A stretch of 64,000 nucleotides of DNA, taken from the sequence record MT710307.1, one strand, 5' to 3'. Within the stretch, counting starts at the first letter, position 1. Each line of letters begins with the position of its first letter. Below the pieces are notes generated by a model, which was not told the origin of the DNA, did no database searches, and saw only the letters and a program-made list of their open reading frames with translations. Made by a program: the position numbers and the translations under genes. Of this stretch, positions 58,355 through 64,000 are shown piece after piece.

Positions 58355-59732
58355 AGCTTGCGATAGCGCGCACGAGGAAGTAAAGCAGTAACGCATTACG
58401 CACGGCCGCCAGTGCCGCAGTGTGGGTCAGATGTGTTTCCTTCTTCACCAGTTTCTCTAAGCGGTCACGCAACGACAAGACGTATTCGTTGGTGGACTTC
58501 GAGGACTGGTAGAGCGCACGCATTCGGTTCAGCAAGAACGCCACGTCTTTGAAGTTGATGCGATTGGTCACAATCAAATCGAAGGCATGGGCCAGCGCAT
58601 CGTTCATGATACTTTCGACTTCACTACGCTGCTTCCCAAGTGGCAGGGAGGCGATGTAGAACAGCACTGTCTTCATGGCCACCGGGGAGGCTTTCGGTAC
58701 CATCTCGAGGGCCACGCGGGCCAACTCTTCTTTGTAGAAGTTGTTGATGTCGTACGAAGAATCAATCAGCGTTTGCTTGGCCGTGTTCAGTGCGGTGACT
58801 TTGTCACGGATAATCGACTCGCCATCCAAATCAATACGGGACGATTGACTGAGCACACGGGCGTTAGAACGGCGTACCGCATCCAGCACTGCGTAATAGT
58901 CTTTCACCGTCTGTTTGGTACGGGTGTTCAAGTCCGTGATAAAACGAATGAGCAGATCGGGGTGGTTGAATGCTTTCACTTCGTTGTAGTGCGGGCACTC
59001 TTTTGACACGAAGTATTCAGCACGATCGGTCATGTGCAGACCCCAGTTCCCCATGCGACGAATATCGAACTTTAACGACAGCATGGAGTACGCCGCTTCG
59101 GCGGCCGGAAGGTCAACCGGTTTCGGGAAGAAGTGGTAGTAGATACTCGAGTAGAATTTGAACTGGAGCAACTTCACCAAATCCACCGCTGCACCGTAAA
59201 TCTCTTTGTCGGAGAATTTCGGGTACATGGCGTGAATCATGTAAGCGATGGTCAGGTTGAAGGTGTTACCCGCAACAGCCCAATCCGCGTTAATGGTTTT
59301 GGTTTGGGCAATCTCGGCTTCCAGCAAATCTTCGTCCACCTCGAGCACTTCATCAAACAGGCGATTACGGTCACTGTCGTAGAAACGGATGGTGTGCACC
59401 CCAAGGAGGTTGGAGCCAAACCACTCCACGTTCCCTTCGCGGTTGAAGACACCGGAAACATACAGGCGAATTTTGGTGGCCAGACGGCGGTCAATGGTCA
59501 CATTCTTAAAGACGCCATCGAACGCCTTGCGCAGGGCTTCGGTCTTGACGGCCTCAGAGGCCACAAGTTGTCCGGCGGGGATATACCCGCCTAAACCGTA
59601 GTCGTAAATCAACCCGTTATCCAGAGGAATGTCCCACTCATCTGGAATGCGATTACGAGACGATTCGCCGACCGCTAACTCTTTTCCATCACGATAGCAA
59701 CCCGTCGTGAAGTCAAAAACAAGCTCGGACAT
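58353..59732 (-). CDS. Probable virion (head) protein
   Basis: 459 aa with GAGGA RBS. The function is inferred from phiKZ-like synteny. Confidence 0.65.
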   Translation of the reverse strand: MSELVFDFTTGCYRDGKELAVGESSRNRIPDEWDIPLDNGLIYDYGLGGYIPAGQLVASEAVKTEALRKAFDGVFKNVTIDRRLATKIRLYVSGVFNREGNVEWFGSNLLGVHTIRFYDSDRNRLFDEVLEVDEDLLEAEIAQTKTINADWAVAGNTFNLTIAYMIHAMYPKFSDKEIYGAAVDLVKLLQFKFYSSIYYHFFPKPVDLPAAEAAYSMLSLKFDIRRMGNWGLHMTDRAEYFVSKECPHYNEVKAFNHPDLLIRFITDLNTRTKQTVKDYYAVLDAVRRSNARVLSQSSRIDLDGESIIRDKVTALNTAKQTLIDSSYDINNFYKEELARVALEMVPKASPVAMKTVLFYIASLPLGKQRSEVESIMNDALAHAFDLIVTNRINFKDVAFLLNRMRALYQSSKSTNEYVLSLRDRLEKLVKKETHLTHTAALAAVRNALLLYFLVRAIAS

Positions 59733-59754
59733 AACGATTCCTCTAAATTTTTAC

Positions 59755-59776
59755 GGATAGATATTATCATTTTGAT
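59755..59776 (+). promoter_or_regulatory. Phage early promoter motif
   Basis: GGATAGATATTATCATTTTGAT. Confidence 0.6.
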
Positions 59777-59800
59777 AATACCATAAGGAGTTTTTAAACC

Positions 59801-60931
59801 ATGAAGAAATTACTCAGAAAACAAGACTGGAATCATAAGTACCATTCCCCGGAGTTCGACAAGTCCACACCGGTGGTTGTCTGGAAACTCGACCACGGAT
59901 GTCTGTGCACCTTGCGCAACGTGGGCGGAATGGTCGTAATTGAGAATGGCACCTATTCTGCCGCCAACACCCTACTGGCTCGCTTGCTGTCCGAAGCGGG
60001 TATCACCGGCGACATCACTATTCATACCACAGCACTGATTCCACAGAACGTGTCTCGTTGGTTGACATGGTGGTTGTCAACGGAGCCGGAAGAGGATGAC
60101 CCGCATCTGCGGACACTCACTATTTCAACAATGGGGCAGATTCCGACAAAGAAACTGCCCTTCCAAGTAAACGTAATTAAACCTGCGACAATGGCAGCCT
60201 ACGAAGTCCTCGACTACGTACGCCAAAGTTCTCGCAACCCCTCAGTCTCACAATTCCTTGTGGAGCATGGGGGACAGGTATACCGTCTGGAACCAGAACG
60301 TCGGACGGAGGCAAAGATTGTAGACTGTACGTCACGCGGATATGTTTTACGTACCCAGTCCAATCACGTCTTCCTAACGAATATGGTCTCGAGACGGATA
60401 CAGGCGCAACTCAAGGCTAAGAACTTGAGGCCCGAAAACCTCATCGGTGCCACCGTGAGGGTAGAGTACACAATGTTTACCGACGGGAACCGTCTGTGTA
60501 ACTATAAGTCACCCATTGTGTATCGCTGTACCGATTTGGACACATTGTGTCCAGATGCCATCCCCCCATACGATGGTCCCTTCATGTTCATTAGTAACCA
60601 GCCATCCAACAACGCGCTGTTGACAGCCACCAGATGTGGACGGGCGAGGATTACGCAAAACGGGGATTCTATCATTGGGTGCGATGGGGAGTCCGATCTG
60701 CAACTGTTCCGCTTCACCAGGGGCGTCGAGGACGGCTGCTATGCAGCTACCCTTGAACGACAAGGGCAGTCGGAGGATTGGCGCTTTGAATCTGATTTGG
60801 CTACAGACGCACTCGATCCGGATGCGTTCGTACGTTGTGTGGAAAACCACCTTTACCACACAACAGGGTATCGCCTACAGGGAATCAGACTCAAATACGT
60901 TGATAGGACAAACACCCCAACGATGACATAG
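59801..60931 (+). CDS. Divergent ATP-dependent DNA ligase-like protein
   Basis: VWKLDHG (motif I-like KxDG), ITGDI (motif III-like) and an OB-fold-like LIGATVRVEYTMFTDG...SPIVYRCTD (motif VI-like). Other motifs are eroded. Confidence 0.45.
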   Translation: MKKLLRKQDWNHKYHSPEFDKSTPVVVWKLDHGCLCTLRNVGGMVVIENGTYSAANTLLARLLSEAGITGDITIHTTALIPQNVSRWLTWWLSTEPEEDDPHLRTLTISTMGQIPTKKLPFQVNVIKPATMAAYEVLDYVRQSSRNPSVSQFLVEHGGQVYRLEPERRTEAKIVDCTSRGYVLRTQSNHVFLTNMVSRRIQAQLKAKNLRPENLIGATVRVEYTMFTDGNRLCNYKSPIVYRCTDLDTLCPDAIPPYDGPFMFISNQPSNNALLTATRCGRARITQNGDSIIGCDGESDLQLFRFTRGVEDGCYAATLERQGQSEDWRFESDLATDALDPDAFVRCVENHLYHTTGYRLQGIRLKYVDRTNTPTMT

Positions 60932-60942
60932 GAGTAAACGCT

Positions 60943-61464
60943 ATGCTTGCTACACCTACCTGTACTGCCCAAAACGTAAACGGTCTGCGTGTAGTTTGCC
61001 AGGATAATAGACTGGCAAATCTGTGTGATGAAGGTATCATCACCGCCATGATTAACTACAACCCATTGGGAGACTATGGTCGCCGCAACCCCACCGAACT
61101 GCTGTCTATTGCAGCGGTAATTAAGCGCATCTTCGGGAGCCTCACGGTTGCTGAATTTAGTCGCTTCATCGACAGCCGAGAAGACATCTCGGTCGGTTTC
61201 TTAGCCCTGCTGCAAGACGGTGCAGCCTCATTTGAAATGGGCTTAGGTAACTTCCTTGACTTTGAGTCAGGATTCGAAAACGGGGTGTTCTTCGTAAGTC
61301 GAGACCGCTACAATGGCGTTTGGAACTATCTGGCTAGATCAGGCGTCAACGTTCCGCCCAGTATCCGCAATATGCAGCTGTATGATGTCAACATCTTCGG
61401 AGAGCCGGGGCTGTGGATCAAACCTGTGTATCTAGGAACTGACGGTTCAAGTATCCGTTCGTGA
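60943..61464 (+). CDS. Hypothetical protein
   Basis: AGGAG RBS, 173 aa. Confidence 0.75.
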   Translation: MLATPTCTAQNVNGLRVVCQDNRLANLCDEGIITAMINYNPLGDYGRRNPTELLSIAAVIKRIFGSLTVAEFSRFIDSREDISVGFLALLQDGAASFEMGLGNFLDFESGFENGVFFVSRDRYNGVWNYLARSGVNVPPSIRNMQLYDVNIFGEPGLWIKPVYLGTDGSSIRS

Positions 61465-61468
61465 CAAG

Positions 61469-61508
61469 TGACTGTGCTGCCTTCGGGTGGCACAGTCATT
61501 TTTTTTTG
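61469..61508 (+). terminator. Intrinsic terminator
   Basis: TGACTGTGCTGCC-TTCG-GGTGGCACAGTCA followed by a T-tract. Confidence 0.9.
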
Positions 61509-61531
61509 TTTGTTTGATTAAAAAAGATTTC

Positions 61532-61553
61532 AGATATATATTACCTTAGTGAG
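61532..61553 (+). promoter_or_regulatory. Phage early promoter motif
   Basis: AGATATATATTACCTTAGTGAG with an upstream TTAAAAAA. Confidence 0.8.
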
Positions 61554-61602
61554 ATTGGCCTATCAATCTTAACTCAACCTATTGACTATCGAGGAATTAA
61601 CT

Positions 61603-62226
61603 ATGTTCAACTTCACTAAAGTAACTGCCCTGTCTTCTCAGAACCTGAACCTGTCCGTTGAAGAGAATGAAATGATTCGCTTCATCGAGCAAACCGCGAA
61701 GAGTGTTCCGGTTTTCGATTTCTACGTGTCTGGCGAGACCGCTATCGCGTTAACGGTAGAAAACAATACCGTGACCTTGGTCTGGGGTAAAGAGTTCACT
61801 CTGGAGCTTCTGGAGGACTTTGTACGCCATACCTACCCAAGCATGAAAAACTTCTTGGTGTACCTGAAACAAGAAGTCCCATGCCCGACCGGTTGGAAGC
61901 AAACTTCCGTGTGCTACTCACTGGTCAATACCGAATGCCATGTCGGTGATTACACGGCTACGGATTTGGGTAATGGTCTCATGAACATCCAAACCCGTTA
62001 CGGTGCAGCCGTTATCGCGGTAGCCGGTGTGGCAGGTACCCTGATTCTGACTGACGAGCCATGCAGTGCGCAGACGTGGGGTCTGGTGTATGACATCGCC
62101 GGGAACTTTGCGAAAGAAGGTCGCCCGTTCACCGTACAGACCACCACGCCGAAGTGGAATGAGTTCCTGTACCAGAACAGCGACTTCGAATTCCGTTCGC
62201 AGTCGATTTCCAAAACGTACGCCTAA
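61603..62226 (+). CDS. Hypothetical early protein (monocistronic)
   Basis: GAGGA RBS before ATG 61603, with its own promoter and terminator. Confidence 0.75.
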   Translation: MFNFTKVTALSSQNLNLSVEENEMIRFIEQTAKSVPVFDFYVSGETAIALTVENNTVTLVWGKEFTLELLEDFVRHTYPSMKNFLVYLKQEVPCPTGWKQTSVCYSLVNTECHVGDYTATDLGNGLMNIQTRYGAAVIAVAGVAGTLILTDEPCSAQTWGLVYDIAGNFAKEGRPFTVQTTTPKWNEFLYQNSDFEFRSQSISKTYA

Positions 62227-62234
62227 ACAAAAAC

Positions 62235-62262
62235 GGGGAGCTTCGGCTCCCTATTTTTTTTT
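62235..62262 (+). terminator. Intrinsic terminator
   Basis: GGGAGC-TTCG-GCTCCC followed by a T-tract. Confidence 0.9.
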
Positions 62263-62639
62263 TGTTTTTTTGTGGCCGGGTGGTGATGTCCAGCCCACCA
62301 TTGTACACTTTTTAACCATGGGGTAAATTCGCTCTGAATGCGTTTCTGGGACGGGGTGTATCTGACCCAGTACACTTGGGTTCCTAATACCCCATTCGTG
62401 CAGCAGGGAATCGTACAGCGCGAAATTGGGCGGGTTGCAAATCGGTTTCCGGGTGCGGGGTCGGCTGCGCGACCGCCGATGCCGATCACACGTTGGGGTG
62501 CGCTTGCGCGTTTTCAGGATCAAATTCAGGAATTCAGGACAAACGAATCTTCGTGAGTTTGGCTGAATTTGGTTGTTTTTTAACCGCTTACTCTCCCCGG
62601 CCTTTAGCCGGGATCGAGATCTGCTTAATTTAAAAATTT

Positions 62640-62880
62640 TTATTTTAAAAACAAGCACTTGGACTAGATACTACCCCCGATCCTGAACCCCCTCTGGGGT
62701 TCAGTTAAAAAGTCCTTTCATTATACGCGTGCACGCGCACGCCATTTCCTACAGGATCTTTTAAAAGAATTAATAATATTATTAAATATATATATCCCGT
62801 AGGGATAATATTAATAATTTAAATATATATAAACCCTACGGGTTTTAAATAACTAACGCGCGTGATCCTTATTACGAGTT
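62640..62880. repeat. AT-rich palindrome/dyad cluster (candidate origin or packaging/terminus site)
   Basis: CTGAACCCC-CTCT-GGGGTTCAG, GCGTGCACGC, TTAATAATATTATTAA, ATCCC-GTA-GGGAT and AAACCC-TAC-GGGTTT. Confidence 0.6.
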
Positions 62881-62934
62881 CTAATCCGGAAACCGGGGAT
62901 CGGGGGAAAGTCGATTTACAAGTTTTCCCAGTTC

Positions 62935-63350
62935 TATGCACGACAAACCAAACGCTTGCCCAGACATCCCTGGGCCTTTTTCGAGAATCCACGATGCGGG
63001 TTCTGGACAAAGCCAGCGGGACAGCCTAACACTTCCCAACGCGTTTCAGGTTTCGGTCAGAGACTCGGACTTAGCATTCCGACGAGACCGGTACCGTGGT
63101 AGCCCCACGGGAGACTCACCGCTTTCGGGCCGTCACCCGATACGATGCCATGGAACTTACCCGTGGTCTGCGCGTGAACTCTCCCTGGGGTGTGACCAAA
63201 TTCGAATTCGGCTTGCGGCCGATACCCGTACACGGTTTAGCCCCGTGTACACCGGAGAACCTTCCGACAGGAGTGTGATCCAAATCTTGGCGGCTCGGAA
63301 AGACGAGAGGGGGATGCCCCCACGCTGTGAAGCGCCAGGGCGTCGCTGAA
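62935..63350 (+). ncRNA. Candidate structured non-coding RNA or long structured leader
   Basis: At least 8 short GC-rich hairpins in about 400 nt with no RBS-supported ORF. Confidence 0.3.
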
Positions 63351-63375
63351 TTAAATTCTAACCAGGAGTGTGACC

Positions 63376-63756
63376 ATGTCTGCCATGACCCTCGAAGATT
63401 TTGCTCCAACCCGAATGCCCGACGATGTGACGTTCGTTCGCGACGGAACTCCGGTACCTGTTGCCGACGTGGTGGCTTGGTTACGCACTGGTTGCCCGAA
63501 GACTCACCACCTGACCGCTGCCCTGCTCGAAAAACATTTCGAGTCGATTGCGTTCCAACCGTTCCCCAACGGTCTGGCCATGGCCGCGGTAGGCAAGCTC
63601 AAACGTGAGAGCGGTGATTACCACCTCCCGGTTTGTGTGAACACGCCGTACTCTCACGGTGAACTCGCAGTCGTCGGTGAGTTAATCCGCACCGAGGCCC
63701 GACTTCGTAATCCCCACTTCGGGAAATTCTTCACCGTCCCCGGTTGGGAAAAATAA
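63376..63756 (+). CDS. Hypothetical protein
   Basis: AGGAG RBS, 126 aa. Confidence 0.75.
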   Translation: MSAMTLEDFAPTRMPDDVTFVRDGTPVPVADVVAWLRTGCPKTHHLTAALLEKHFESIAFQPFPNGLAMAAVGKLKRESGDYHLPVCVNTPYSHGELAVVGELIRTEARLRNPHFGKFFTVPGWEK

Positions 63757-63812
63757 TATTTTTTACAAACTTGGGTGTTCCTGTGTTCAAACCACAGCAC
63801 CGGAGAAAAACC

Positions 63813-63989
63813 ATGACACCAGAACAACGCCGTCGTGACGAGGAAGAACGCCGCCGTCGCCAATCTGCACAGCGCGGTAGCACGCCGGGTTACATTCCGG
63901 TCGATGATTCGCCGTACTACGGCGGAAACGATTCGCCATCGGGTTGCGATACCGGCTCAGACAGTGGCAGTTCTTGCGGCTGTGACTAA
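63813..63989 (+). CDS. 58-aa low-complexity protein (Arg/Glu N-terminus, Gly/Ser/Cys tail)
   Basis: GGAG RBS before ATG 63813: MTPEQRRRDEEERRRRQ...GCDTGSDSGSSCGCD. Confidence 0.6.
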   Translation: MTPEQRRRDEEERRRRQSAQRGSTPGYIPVDDSPYYGGNDSPSGCDTGSDSGSSCGCD

Positions 63990-64000
63990 GCGAGGTTAGC

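Noticed and set aside
61603-62226. GNAT-like C-terminus (WNEFLYQNSDFE)
   Set aside because: No acetyl-CoA-binding (R/Q)xxGxG motif is visible, so the resemblance is too weak.
62338-62556. 72-aa ORF, and 62936-63349 137-aa ORF, in the large intergenic region
   Set aside because: No Shine-Dalgarno, atypical composition, and overlap with palindromic or hairpin elements. Not called as CDS.
62935-63350. tRNA or tmRNA in the hairpin-rich region
   Set aside because: No cloverleaf with T-loop GTTCRA and acceptor stem/CCA was found, and no tmRNA-like ends.

Overview
This window is about 64 kb of a phiKZ-related jumbo phage (Chimalliviridae-like). Gene order and sizes resemble Salmonella phage SPN3US and related Erwinia phages, an inference from recognised protein families rather than a database search. 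The conserved core includes RNase H, a RecA/UvsX-like protein, four split virion RNA polymerase subunits (beta-N, beta-C, beta-prime-N with NGDYDGD, beta-prime-M), a 2.46-kaa tape-measure/lytic transglycosylase, prohead protease, tail tube, tail sheath, baseplate proteins and large terminase. There is also a probable spanin pair. Accessory blocks hold nucleotide-handling genes (DEDDh exonuclease, NADAR-like, CYTH, two MazG-like, ThyA with two insertions, HAD 5'-nucleotidase, HD hydrolase). A family of 22-bp phage early promoters and a family of bidirectional UUCG hairpin terminators recur across the window. A 1.15-kb non-coding region near the right end has an AT-rich palindrome cluster and a hairpin-dense segment. 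The most striking item is a 54-aa ORF at 22169-22333, missed by the ORF track. It is a free-standing acidic peptide ending EDDNCAGGACKI, which matches the redox-active C-terminal tail of class Ia ribonucleotide reductase alpha (E. coli NrdA ends DDGCESGACKI). Several apparent pseudo-enzymes also occur: a degenerate MazG, a ligase-like protein and a P-loop fragment. No tRNA, rRNA, CRISPR array, intein or IS element was seen.
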